NCBI GenBank assembly: GCA_034661035.1
Contig: JAYEKM010000003.1
Location: forward strand, 1 to 51,952
DNA: 51,952 nucleotides
Direction: 5' to 3'
Origin: Patescibacteria group bacterium
GTDB lineage: Bacteria > Patescibacteriota > Minisyncoccia > Phycocordibacterales > UBA12079
The notes below the pieces were generated by a model that made no database searches, had not been told where the DNA came from, and worked only from the letters and a program-made list of their open reading frames with translations. The translations under genes and the position numbers were made by a program. Shown piece after piece: positions 9,496 to 17,771 of the stretch (positions within the stretch are counted from its first letter, which is position 1; every line of letters starts with the position of its first letter).

Positions 9496-9537
9496 TCGTT
9501 AACTAGATAAGAGTCAAATCTTATTTAACAGGGTAAA
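9496..9537. repeat. CCCTGTTAAA...TTTAACAGGGTAAA-family hairpin element
   Basis: TCGTTAACTA...TTTAACAGGGTAAA, immediately followed by the mreB ATG. Confidence 0.65.
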
Positions 9538-10617
9538 ATGAAAAAAATAAACATTACTGGTAATTTAAAAAAAAGGTTCAAGAATTTATTTTCCAATGAT
9601 ATTGGAATAGATTTAGGTACAGCGAATACTTTGGTGTATGTCCGTGGTAGAGGAATTGTTTTAAATGAACCTACAGTGGTAGCTTTAAATGAAAAGACTG
9701 GTCGAGTGGTGGCTGTTGGGAGTCAGGCTCAAAAAATGATTGGAAGAACCCCTTCTCATATTACAGCTATTAGGCCGTTGGTGGATGGAGTAATTTCTGA
9801 TTTTGAGATAACCGAAGAAATGATTGCTTATCTTATAAATAAATCACAGGAAAACGTAAAGAAGCTAATCGGACCAAGAGTTTTAGTGGGAGTCCCTTCT
9901 GGTATTACTAACGTAGAAACTAGGGCTGTTCGTGATGCTGTAAAAAATTCTGGTGCTAAGGAAGTTCATTTAATAGAGGAACCAATGGTGGCTGCTATCG
10001 GGAATAGATTACCAATTAAAGATGCTATCGGAAGTGTAGTAATTGATATTGGTGGAGGAACTACTGACATTGCGGTTATTTCCTTGGGAGGGATTGTTAA
10101 TTCAAAAAATTTGAGGATTGCTGGTGATAGATTTAATGAAGACATCATTCAGTATGTTAGAAATAAATTTAAGATTTTAATTGGAGAGAAAACTGCGGAA
10201 AGATTAAAAATTGATATTGGTTCAGTTTTACCTTTGGATGAGCCTCTGGAGGCTACTATGAGAGGACGGGATTTAGTTACAGGTTTACCCAGAGAGATAA
10301 AAATAAATGATACACATATAAGAAAAGCTATTTCTCAGTCTTTAGTTTTGCTATTGGATGGAATAAAAGAGGTTCTAGAGATAACTCCTCCAGAAATTGT
10401 TTCTGATATATTAAACAGAGGTATTTTTATTACGGGGGGAGGTGCTATGATAAAGCAATTGGACACATTGATAAGTGAAGTGGTCAAGGTCCCTGTTTAT
10501 ATAGCTGATGATCCATTAACTTCTGTTGCTAGAGGAACAGGAATTGTACTAGAAGATTTATTAGATTATAGGGAAGTTCTCATTCAAGACGAAGATGGCA
10601 TACCTCTTAAAGAATAA
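9538..10617 (+). CDS. mreB: Rod shape-determining protein MreB
   Basis: IGIDLGTANT, RPLVDGVI, IDIGGGTT and TGGGA motifs. Confidence 0.97.
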   Translation: MKKINITGNLKKRFKNLFSNDIGIDLGTANTLVYVRGRGIVLNEPTVVALNEKTGRVVAVGSQAQKMIGRTPSHITAIRPLVDGVISDFEITEEMIAYLINKSQENVKKLIGPRVLVGVPSGITNVETRAVRDAVKNSGAKEVHLIEEPMVAAIGNRLPIKDAIGSVVIDIGGGTTDIAVISLGGIVNSKNLRIAGDRFNEDIIQYVRNKFKILIGEKTAERLKIDIGSVLPLDEPLEATMRGRDLVTGLPREIKINDTHIRKAISQSLVLLLDGIKEVLEITPPEIVSDILNRGIFITGGGAMIKQLDTLISEVVKVPVYIADDPLTSVARGTGIVLEDLLDYREVLIQDEDGIPLKE

Positions 10618-11389
10618 TAAAAACAAAAGTGGTAAAAAAAGATGGTTGTTTTTTAGCTTAATTTTATTGTTGATGTTATCTTTTTATTTTGGAGGTCTTT
10701 TTATTTTTACAGAACCTTTACATTATGTTGGACGTCCTGTTTGGTTTTTAAAAAATTATTCTATGGATGCTATCTCTAGTTTTACTACTGCTATTAAAAC
10801 TAAGAAAAATCTAACAGAAGAAAATGAATCTTTAAGAGATGAACTGAGTAGAATTAACTCAAAATTTCTTTTATTGAAACTTTTAGAAAAAGAAAATTAT
10901 GAGTTAAAAACTATGTTAGGGAGGAAAGATGAAGATCAAGAATTCATTTTGGCAAATATTTTAGCTAAACCTAACTTATCTCCATATGATTCTTTAATTC
11001 TAGATATTGGAAAAAGTGAGGGAGCGAAAAAAGGAGCTAAAGTTTTAATTAATGACAATATTATTTTAGGAGAGTTGGAAGAAGTTTATTCTAAGACTTC
11101 CAAAGTTCGTATGTATTCTTTCCCCAGCGATAAGTTAGAGGTGGCAGTTGGTTTTAATAAAATCATTGGAACAGCTGAAGGAAAAGGAGGTGGTAACTTT
11201 GAAATTAAATTTCCTCGGGATGTAATTTTTGAAAAAGGTGATGTGGTCGTTTTACCTGACATGGATTTATTGATTTTAGGGACCGTAGAGAGTATTCTGA
11301 CTACCCCTGAAGATCCCTTACAGACTCTTTTATTTAGGATACCAATAAATATTTTCGAATTAAGATGGGTTCAAATTCTTCAAGAATAA
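10595..11389 (+). CDS. mreC: Rod shape-determining protein MreC
   Basis: N-terminal TM, coiled coil (EN..L...EN.EL), ILDIG..EG. Follows mreB. Confidence 0.88.
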   Translation: MAYLLKNNKNKSGKKRWLFFSLILLLMLSFYFGGLFIFTEPLHYVGRPVWFLKNYSMDAISSFTTAIKTKKNLTEENESLRDELSRINSKFLLLKLLEKENYELKTMLGRKDEDQEFILANILAKPNLSPYDSLILDIGKSEGAKKGAKVLINDNIILGELEEVYSKTSKVRMYSFPSDKLEVAVGFNKIIGTAEGKGGGNFEIKFPRDVIFEKGDVVVLPDMDLLILGTVESILTTPEDPLQTLLFRIPINIFELRWVQILQE

Positions 11390-11634
11390 TAACAGACGTT
11401 GTTTTATTACTCAGTATTTTTGTATTGCCTTGGTGGTTATCTTTGTTTTTAATTATTCTCTCTTTTTATGTTTTCAAACCATTTTATGAAGGTCTATTTT
11501 TTGCTTTAGCGATTGACTTAATCTATTCCGCTCCGAGGGAACTATTTCATAATCTTCCTATTATCTTTATAATATCATTAACTTTCTTTTTGGTGTTAAA
11601 CTTATTAGGTCGTCAATTAAGAGGGAGAAATTAA
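11365..11634 (+). CDS. Small membrane protein in the MreD position
   Basis: Hydrophobic 89 aa with G...DL, lying between mreC and pbp2. Confidence 0.6.
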   Translation: MGSNSSRIITDVVLLLSIFVLPWWLSLFLIILSFYVFKPFYEGLFFALAIDLIYSAPRELFHNLPIIFIISLTFFLVLNLLGRQLRGRN

Positions 11635-11635
11635 A

Positions 11636-13342
11636 ATGATTTTTAGAAGGAAATCAAAATTGTTTGGAAAACCAAGAAAATCTAGTGGGGAGATTACACC
11701 GGATAATATTTTTCTGGATTCAAAAAATTTACCTAAATTTGATGAGGATCAATTTGAAGGAAGAGTAGAAAAGTCTATTTCTAAAAGAGTAGTCACTTTG
11801 GTCGGCTGTTTTTTTATTTTGGTTGTTTTAGTTTATTCATATAAAATATGGGGATTACAATTGGTTAAAGGAAAAAGTTTTTTGTCCAGTAGTGAAAATA
11901 ATCATCTTCAACATTCCATTGTTTTCGCTAAGAGAGGAATTGTCTATGATAGAAATGGAATTGAATTAGTTTGTAATTCATCTGATCAAGAAGAAGGGCA
12001 GTTATTTTTTGAAAGAGAATACCATGACTATGTTGGATTGGCTCATGTGTTAGGGTATGTTAGTTATCCTCTAAAAGATAAAAATGGAAATTATTATCAA
12101 GATGAATATATTGGAAAGAGTGGTGTAGAGAAATTTTTTAATGAAAAATTAAGTGGCAAAAATGGTTTAAAAATTGTTGAGAAGGATGCTCTCTTGAACA
12201 CTAAATCAGAATCGGTTGTCCAGTTATCAGAACAGGGTGATAGTATTTACCTTTCCATAGATATTCGAGTTCAAGAAGCTCTCTATGGTTTTATTGCTGA
12301 TTTGAGTAAAAAGATTGGCTTTAACAGTGGAGCTGGGGTATTGATGGATGTGCATAATGGTGAAATTTTAGCCTTGGCCAGTTACCCAGAATATGATTTG
12401 GATGTTATGTCTAACGGTAATGACCAAAATGAGATTGCTAGATATATTATGGGGGAAGGCGAACCTTTCTTGAATAGAGTAACTATGGGTTTGTATACGC
12501 CCGGTTCCATAGTTAAACCTTTTTTAGCGATCGCAGCTTTAAACGAGGAGATTATTAGTCCTAATAAGAAGATTTTAAGTACTGGTTCGATTTCAATTCC
12601 TAATCCTTATTTCCCAGAAGAAGAATCTGTTTTCAAGGATTGGAAAGCACACGGTTGGGTAAATATGAGAGATGCTATTGCTGTTTCTTCTAACGTTTAC
12701 TTTTATGCAGTTGGTGGTGGTTATGAGGATCAGGTTGGTTTGGGGATTGATAATATAAATAAATATATTAAATTATTTGGTTTTAGTGAGGAGACAGGCA
12801 TCGAAGGTTTTTTGGAAGAAAGGGGAGTTGTTCCCAACCCTCAGTGGAAAGCCGAAATGTTTGGTGGTGAAAATTGGAGAATTGGAGATACCTATCACAC
12901 CTCAATTGGGCAATATGGGTTCCAAGTAACACCCTTACAAACTGTTAGGGCTGTAGGAGCCATTGCCAATAGCGGTAAACTTTATCGTCCAACAGTTGTT
13001 AAGAAAAATAATAATGACAAAAATTATGAGGTGATTTCTATTAGTGATGATTATTTTCAAATTGCTAGGGAGGGAATGAGACAAGCAGTCACTGATGGAT
13101 CAGGAGCTGGTTTGTTTCTACCTTCCCTTAAAGTTTCAGCTAAAACAGGAACAGCTGAGAGGGGAGTTACCAAAGAAAAAGTTAATTCATGGGTGACTGG
13201 TTTTTTCCCGTCTGATAATCCGAGATTCTCTTTTACCGTCATGATGGAAGAGGGTCCAAGAGATAATCAAATTGGAGGTTTGTATGTGATGAGACAATTA
13301 TTAGAGTGGATGCAAGTTAATACCCCAGAATATCTTGAATAG
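11636..13342 (+). CDS. mrdA: Penicillin-binding protein 2 (class B transpeptidase)
   Basis: RG.VYDRNG, G.SGVE, PGSIVK (SxxK), SSN and KTGTAE motifs. Confidence 0.92.
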   Translation: MIFRRKSKLFGKPRKSSGEITPDNIFLDSKNLPKFDEDQFEGRVEKSISKRVVTLVGCFFILVVLVYSYKIWGLQLVKGKSFLSSSENNHLQHSIVFAKRGIVYDRNGIELVCNSSDQEEGQLFFEREYHDYVGLAHVLGYVSYPLKDKNGNYYQDEYIGKSGVEKFFNEKLSGKNGLKIVEKDALLNTKSESVVQLSEQGDSIYLSIDIRVQEALYGFIADLSKKIGFNSGAGVLMDVHNGEILALASYPEYDLDVMSNGNDQNEIARYIMGEGEPFLNRVTMGLYTPGSIVKPFLAIAALNEEIISPNKKILSTGSISIPNPYFPEEESVFKDWKAHGWVNMRDAIAVSSNVYFYAVGGGYEDQVGLGIDNINKYIKLFGFSEETGIEGFLEERGVVPNPQWKAEMFGGENWRIGDTYHTSIGQYGFQVTPLQTVRAVGAIANSGKLYRPTVVKKNNNDKNYEVISISDDYFQIAREGMRQAVTDGSGAGLFLPSLKVSAKTGTAERGVTKEKVNSWVTGFFPSDNPRFSFTVMMEEGPRDNQIGGLYVMRQLLEWMQVNTPEYLE

Positions 13343-13401
13343 GTATTGGTAATTAGTTGTTTAGATACTAGGTTTTCAAAAAACTCAATTTCATTGAACC
13401 A

Positions 13402-13554
13402 CTGGAAAAAGTCTCCTACCTATTAATTATTGGGGATAAAGAATTAGAAGATAAGAAAGTAACAGTTGAAAGTAGAGATAAAGGGGACTTAGGTCAATCA
13501 TCTTTAGATGACTTTTCGGAAAAAGTCGAAGATGAAATCGAAGACAAAAAATAA
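13402..13554 (+). pseudogene. Orphan 3' fragment resembling the threonyl-tRNA synthetase anticodon-binding C-terminus
   Basis: Hand translation gives LEKVSYLLIIGDKELEDKKVTVESRDKGDLGQSSLDDFSEKVEDEIEDKK*, matching the ThrRS tail pattern K.PY.L..GDKE.E...V.V..R...DLG...L..F. There is no ATG after the in-frame TAG at 13369. Confidence 0.75.
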
Positions 13555-13609
13555 CACCTAAACAAAAATAAAAAACTTAAAATAAAAAGCACTAAATAAA
13601 ATAAACCCC

Positions 13610-13714
13610 ACTAAAATAAACAGTACTAAAATAAAAAATACTAAAATAAAAAACACTAAAATAAAAAATACTAAAATAAAAAACACTAAAATAAAAAATA
13701 CTAAAATAAAAAAC
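13610..13714 (+). repeat. 15-bp tandem repeat ACTAAAATAAAAAAY x7
   Basis: Units start at 13610, 13625, 13640, 13655, 13670, 13685 and 13700. The last base alternates T/C from unit 2. Degenerate copies extend back to ~13560. Confidence 0.9.
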
Positions 13715-13735
13715 AAAAAGATGTAGAACACATTC

Positions 13736-13770
13736 TTACCCTTTTTTTGACGGTCGTCACAAAAAGGTAA
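13736..13770. repeat. Hairpin TTACCCTTTTTTTGACGGTCGTCACAAAAAGGTAA upstream of the PaaX/Cas2-like gene
   Basis: Imperfect inverted repeat. It is an inverted counterpart of 14360-14389. Confidence 0.8.
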
Positions 13771-13800
13771 AGACATATTAAAAAATAAATTTAAAAAATT

Positions 13801-14352
13801 ATGAAAAGAATTCCTGTTCAAAAGATAATTTTAACAACGGTGGCTACCGCTGGTGTTTTAAGTGTTGCTTTATTAGCACCTAATGCCCTGCAGGTCATTA
13901 GGCAATTTTCAGGAAAACAAAATTATAATAAGAAAAATTATTTGAATAATTCAATAGGAAATTTATTAAAAAAAGGTTATCTAAAGTTTGAAGTTAGTGA
14001 TGATGGTAAAAAATTTTTTAGTTTAACTAAAAAAGGGGAAGATCAATTAGTTAAATATAAAATAGGAGACTTGGAAATAAAAAAACCTAAAAAATGGGAT
14101 AAAAAATGGAGAGTAGTTATCTTTGATATAAAAGAAAAAAGAAGGGAGGTTAGGAATTTATTAAGGTCACTTTTGAACAGATTAGGTTTTATAAAATTAC
14201 AAAATAGTGTTTGGGTTTTCCCTTATGAATGTGAGGAATTAGTGATAATGCTTAAATCAAGTCTTTTCTTAGGAAAAGATGTCTTATATATGACAGTAGA
14301 TAAAATAGAGAATGACAAATGGCTAAAAGAGACTTTTGGTTTGGTTAAATAA
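13801..14352 (+). CDS. Stand-alone PaaX-like / Cas2-fold protein (wHTH-like region plus WD.KWR.V.FDI...LGF..LQ.SVW)
   Basis: Motifs LTKKG, WDKKWRVVIFDI, LGFIKLQNSVWV.PY. No cas1, CRISPR array or paa genes nearby. Confidence 0.8.
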   Translation: MKRIPVQKIILTTVATAGVLSVALLAPNALQVIRQFSGKQNYNKKNYLNNSIGNLLKKGYLKFEVSDDGKKFFSLTKKGEDQLVKYKIGDLEIKKPKKWDKKWRVVIFDIKEKRREVRNLLRSLLNRLGFIKLQNSVWVFPYECEELVIMLKSSLFLGKDVLYMTVDKIENDKWLKETFGLVK

Positions 14353-14359
14353 ATAATTA

Positions 14360-14389
14360 ACCTTTTTTGGACGACCGTTCAAAAAAGGT
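14360..14389. repeat. Hairpin ACCTTTTTTGGACGACCGTTCAAAAAAGGT downstream of the PaaX/Cas2-like gene
   Basis: Near-perfect inverted repeat beginning 8 bp after the stop codon. Confidence 0.85.
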
Positions 14390-14556
14390 ACTAAGTGTTT
14401 AATTAAATAGTGTGATTATTTCTTGGACCTTAAAGGGTAAAAAGTTTGATATTTGATGTTTTACTGGTATTATTCATTTTAGTAATTTGTTGTTTTTTAT
14501 AGAGATTTCCATCAGAAATGGTCTGGAAAAAATTAATCTTTTTAGGAGGAGAGAAA

Positions 14557-14940
14557 ATGAAAAAGTTAGTATCCTTGTTGGTTATGGTTATTGTAGTAGG
14601 TGGATTTTCCACAGTAGTGACAGGCGAAGAAAAACCTTTTATTAATAACAGGTTTGTTCTTGAGAGAGGTTTTACCTTGATGGAAGAGATTAAGGAAACT
14701 TGCCCCTCTCAAACAGACGATGTCGAAGAATTTGCGATTTGTCAATATCTTCGGCGTCTTGCTGAAGAAGCAATGAAAAGGCTTCTAGAAGATATTGGTA
14801 ACGAGGAGTTTTTTGTCTCCTTGCATTTGTTTATTAAGGAGATAGAAGAAATTCTTTCAAATGATTGTTGCCTGATAGAAAGAAATCTGAATTTTTCCTC
14901 GGATAACAAAGATCTCCAGCGGTGGACCAAAGGATTTTGA
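14557..14940 (+). CDS. Hypothetical secreted protein
   Basis: AGGAGG SD before the ATG at 14557, signal peptide MKKLVSLLVMVIVVGG, and its own terminator. Confidence 0.7.
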   Translation: MKKLVSLLVMVIVVGGFSTVVTGEEKPFINNRFVLERGFTLMEEIKETCPSQTDDVEEFAICQYLRRLAEEAMKRLLEDIGNEEFFVSLHLFIKEIEEILSNDCCLIERNLNFSSDNKDLQRWTKGF

Positions 14941-14964
14941 CTTTTTTGTGCAGACAGAATCCTT

Positions 14965-15004
14965 AAGGGTGAAATGATTAGCTTAATCATCTTCGCCCTT
15001 TTTT
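14965..15004 (+). terminator. Intrinsic terminator
   Basis: AAGGGTGAAATGATTA-GCT-TAATCATCTTCGCCCTT stem followed by a T-run. Confidence 0.75.
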
Positions 15005-15065
15005 ATTTGTTTTTTTTGCTCTGGTATATTAGAATGTAATGGAAATATAAATATAAATAAATAAT

Positions 15066-15533
15066 ATGGAAAGCGATAAAGAATACTTAACAAAAGAAAA
15101 ATACAGAGAACTTGTTGATGAACTTGATTGGCTTCAAACTGGCAGGAGAAAAGAAGTAGCTGATGAGTTAAGAGAAGCAACTTCTCTAGGTGATTTAAGC
15201 GAAAATGCTGAATACCATCAAGCTCGGGAGGATCAGGCTGGAGTTGAAAAGAGAATTAAGGAACTAGAAGTTATTATAAAAAATGCTGTTATTGTAAAAC
15301 AAAGTAAATTCAATACAGTTAGTGCTGGAGCAACGGTAGTTGTTAAGAAAAAAGGCGATAAAGAAAGCAAAGAATTTTATATCGTAGGAACTCAAGAAGC
15401 AGATATTGATCAGAATAAAATTTCTGTAACATCTCCTTTGGTAAATGCTATGCTAGATAAAAAAGAAGGGGAAACTTTTACTTTTAAATCACCTAAAGGG
15501 ATGCAAGAGTATAAAATAATTAGTGTTAAATAA
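15066..15533 (+). CDS. greA: Transcription elongation factor GreA
   Basis: GDLSENAEY and IS..SP motifs. Confidence 0.96.
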   Translation: MESDKEYLTKEKYRELVDELDWLQTGRRKEVADELREATSLGDLSENAEYHQAREDQAGVEKRIKELEVIIKNAVIVKQSKFNTVSAGATVVVKKKGDKESKEFYIVGTQEADIDQNKISVTSPLVNAMLDKKEGETFTFKSPKGMQEYKIISVK

Positions 15534-15536
15534 ATT

Positions 15537-17000
15537 ATGGCTTCACTAGATGAAATTCGACAAACAAGACTAGACAAAAAGAAAAAATTAGAAGATCAGG
15601 GTGTTAATCCCTATCCTGCTCAAGTTGAATTTGATTTATCTCTAAAAGAAGTTATCGATAATTTTGAAGAAGGTAAGAAGGTTAAGGTAGTAGGAAGGAT
15701 CATGTCTCTTCGTTCCCAGGGTGTTTTGAATTTCTTTGATTTATTTGATGGAGGAGGAAGAATTCAAGGTTTAATTAAAAAAGATGAAATAGAAGAGGAG
15801 AAATTTAATCTTTTTGATGAGACTGTTGATATTGGAGATTTTATTTTAATTGAAGGGGAATTATTTATAACTAAAAGGGGTCAACAAACAGTAGCTGTAT
15901 CTGGTTGGAAAATGTTGACTAAAAGTTTGAGATCTCTCCCAGAAAAGTGGCATGGGATTAAAGATTCAGAAGAAAGATACAGAAAGAGATACTTAGATTT
16001 GTTAATGAACCCAGAGATTAAGGATTTATTTATAAAGAAAGCAAAATTTTGGGATGTAGCGAGGGATTTTTTCAAGAGTAGAGAATTTGTGGAAGTTGAG
16101 ACACCTATTTTGGAAATAACTACTGGAGGGGCAGAGGCACGACCTTTTGTAACTCATCATAATGATTTTGATATTGATTTGTATTTAAGGATTTCAGCAG
16201 GAGAATTATGGCAGAAAAGATTAATGAGTGCTGGTTTTAGTAAAACTTTTGAAATAGGAAAAGTTTTTAGAAATGAAGGCACTAGTGCAGAGCACCTACA
16301 AGAATTTACTAATTTAGAATTTTATTGGGCTTACGCAGATTACAAAAAAGGGATGGAGTTTGTTAAAGAAATGTATCGAAAAATAGCTCAAGAAGTATTT
16401 GAAACTACAAAATTTAAAACAGAAGAATATGAATTTGATTTAGCCGATGAATGGAAAGAGATTGATTATCGAGAGGAAGTTTTGAGACAAGCTAATATTG
16501 ATGTCTTGGTAGCCAGTGAAGAAGAAATGAAGACTAAGTTAGAAGAATTAAAGGTAAAATATTCTGGTGGTGAAAATAAAGAAAGACTAATTGATGCACT
16601 TTGGAAATATTGTAGAAAAAATATTGCTGGCCCTGCTTTTCTAGTTAATCATCCTAAATTGATTGCTCCGTTGGCAAAAGCAAAACCAGAAAATAAAGAT
16701 TTAGTTGAGATGTTTCAACCTATTATTGCTGGTTCAGAAATAGGGAGAGGATATTCTGAATTAAATGATCCCGTTGATCAGCAAGAAAGATTTAATCAGC
16801 AACAAGAATTACTAAAAGCTGGTGACCAAGAGGCCATGATGCCAGACGATGAATTTATAGAAATGCTAGAATACGGAATGCCCCCTACTTGTGGCTTTGG
16901 CTTTGGGGAACGTCTCTTCTGGGTTTTGTCGGGTGTTTCTGGTAGAGAAGGGACACTTTTCCCTCTTATGAGACAAAAAAACGTAGAAAATAAAAAATAG
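15537..17000 (+). CDS. lysS: Lysine--tRNA ligase (class II)
   Basis: RYRKRYLDL, GGAEARPF.TH, FRNEG, YSELNDP and YGMPP motifs. Confidence 0.97.
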   Translation: MASLDEIRQTRLDKKKKLEDQGVNPYPAQVEFDLSLKEVIDNFEEGKKVKVVGRIMSLRSQGVLNFFDLFDGGGRIQGLIKKDEIEEEKFNLFDETVDIGDFILIEGELFITKRGQQTVAVSGWKMLTKSLRSLPEKWHGIKDSEERYRKRYLDLLMNPEIKDLFIKKAKFWDVARDFFKSREFVEVETPILEITTGGAEARPFVTHHNDFDIDLYLRISAGELWQKRLMSAGFSKTFEIGKVFRNEGTSAEHLQEFTNLEFYWAYADYKKGMEFVKEMYRKIAQEVFETTKFKTEEYEFDLADEWKEIDYREEVLRQANIDVLVASEEEMKTKLEELKVKYSGGENKERLIDALWKYCRKNIAGPAFLVNHPKLIAPLAKAKPENKDLVEMFQPIIAGSEIGRGYSELNDPVDQQERFNQQQELLKAGDQEAMMPDDEFIEMLEYGMPPTCGFGFGERLFWVLSGVSGREGTLFPLMRQKNVENKK

Positions 17001-17057
17001 GGTTAGGTAATCCAATGATAGTTGATTTTAAGGAGGGTTTTTGTTAATATACAGGTT

Positions 17058-17486
17058 ATGTTAAAAATCAGATTACAAAGAGTTGGGAGAAAACATGATC
17101 CTTCTTACAGGATTGTTTTAACTGAAGCTAGACAAGGTCCTAAGAGTGGAAACTTTATTGAGAATCTTGGATTTTATGATGCAAGAGCTAATATTAAACA
17201 AGTGAAAGGGGAAAGAGTTAACTATTGGATTGGGAATGGAGCTCAGGTGTCTGATACAGTTCATAATATCTTAGTGAGTGAAAAAGTGATTAAAGGTAAT
17301 AAAATAAATGCTTTACCAAAGAAAACTCCGATTGTTAAAGAAGTGACTGAGGAACCCTCTTCCGCTGAAGTTACAGAGGACAAGGAAGTAGAAGAAGTTA
17401 CACCAGAAAAGACAGAAGATGATCCCGTAAAAGAAGCTGACCCAGAACCAACGGAAGATAAGCCAGAAAAACTTGAAGAAAAATAA
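17058..17486 (+). CDS. rpsP: 30S ribosomal protein S16 with acidic C-terminal extension
   Basis: MLKIRLQRVG.K..P.YRIV and YWI..GAQ.SDTV motifs. Start reassigned to the ATG at 17058. Confidence 0.95.
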   Translation: MLKIRLQRVGRKHDPSYRIVLTEARQGPKSGNFIENLGFYDARANIKQVKGERVNYWIGNGAQVSDTVHNILVSEKVIKGNKINALPKKTPIVKEVTEEPSSAEVTEDKEVEEVTPEKTEDDPVKEADPEPTEDKPEKLEEK

Positions 17487-17493
17487 GGTTTAT

Positions 17494-17530
17494 AATAAAA
17501 AAAACGGTCATATTGACCGTTTTTTTATTT
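17494..17530 (+). terminator. Intrinsic terminator after rpsP
   Basis: AAAAAAACGGTCA-TAT-TGACCGTTTTTTT. Confidence 0.85.
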
Positions 17531-17545
17531 AAAGTAATTCTAAGA

Positions 17546-17574
17546 TTGACATATTAGATCTGATAGAGTAGACT
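17546..17574 (+). promoter_or_regulatory. Sigma70-type promoter of rpoB
   Basis: TTGACA-17 bp-TAGACT. Confidence 0.7.
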
Positions 17575-17771
17575 AATAGTTAGTAGTTTATCTGATCTAT
17601 TGAGTTTTGGTTTAAAGCATAAATTATAAATTAATTTAGTTTAATATTTACCTTCAAAAACACGGTATAGCGTTTTTTGGTGGTATTGTTTTTTGTGTAT
17701 TAGGGTAGTTTGGTTCAAATAGAGTTTTTATATACTTAGTTTTTACTCGCATTATTTAAAATTAATTTTTT

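Noticed and set aside
13558-13821. Minus-strand ORF with FFILV repeats
   Set aside because: It is a translation of the 15-bp tandem repeat and overlaps the PaaX-like start.
13560-14352. CRISPR-Cas locus (repeat plus Cas2)
   Set aside because: The repeat is spacer-less and low complexity. There is no cas1 or effector gene.
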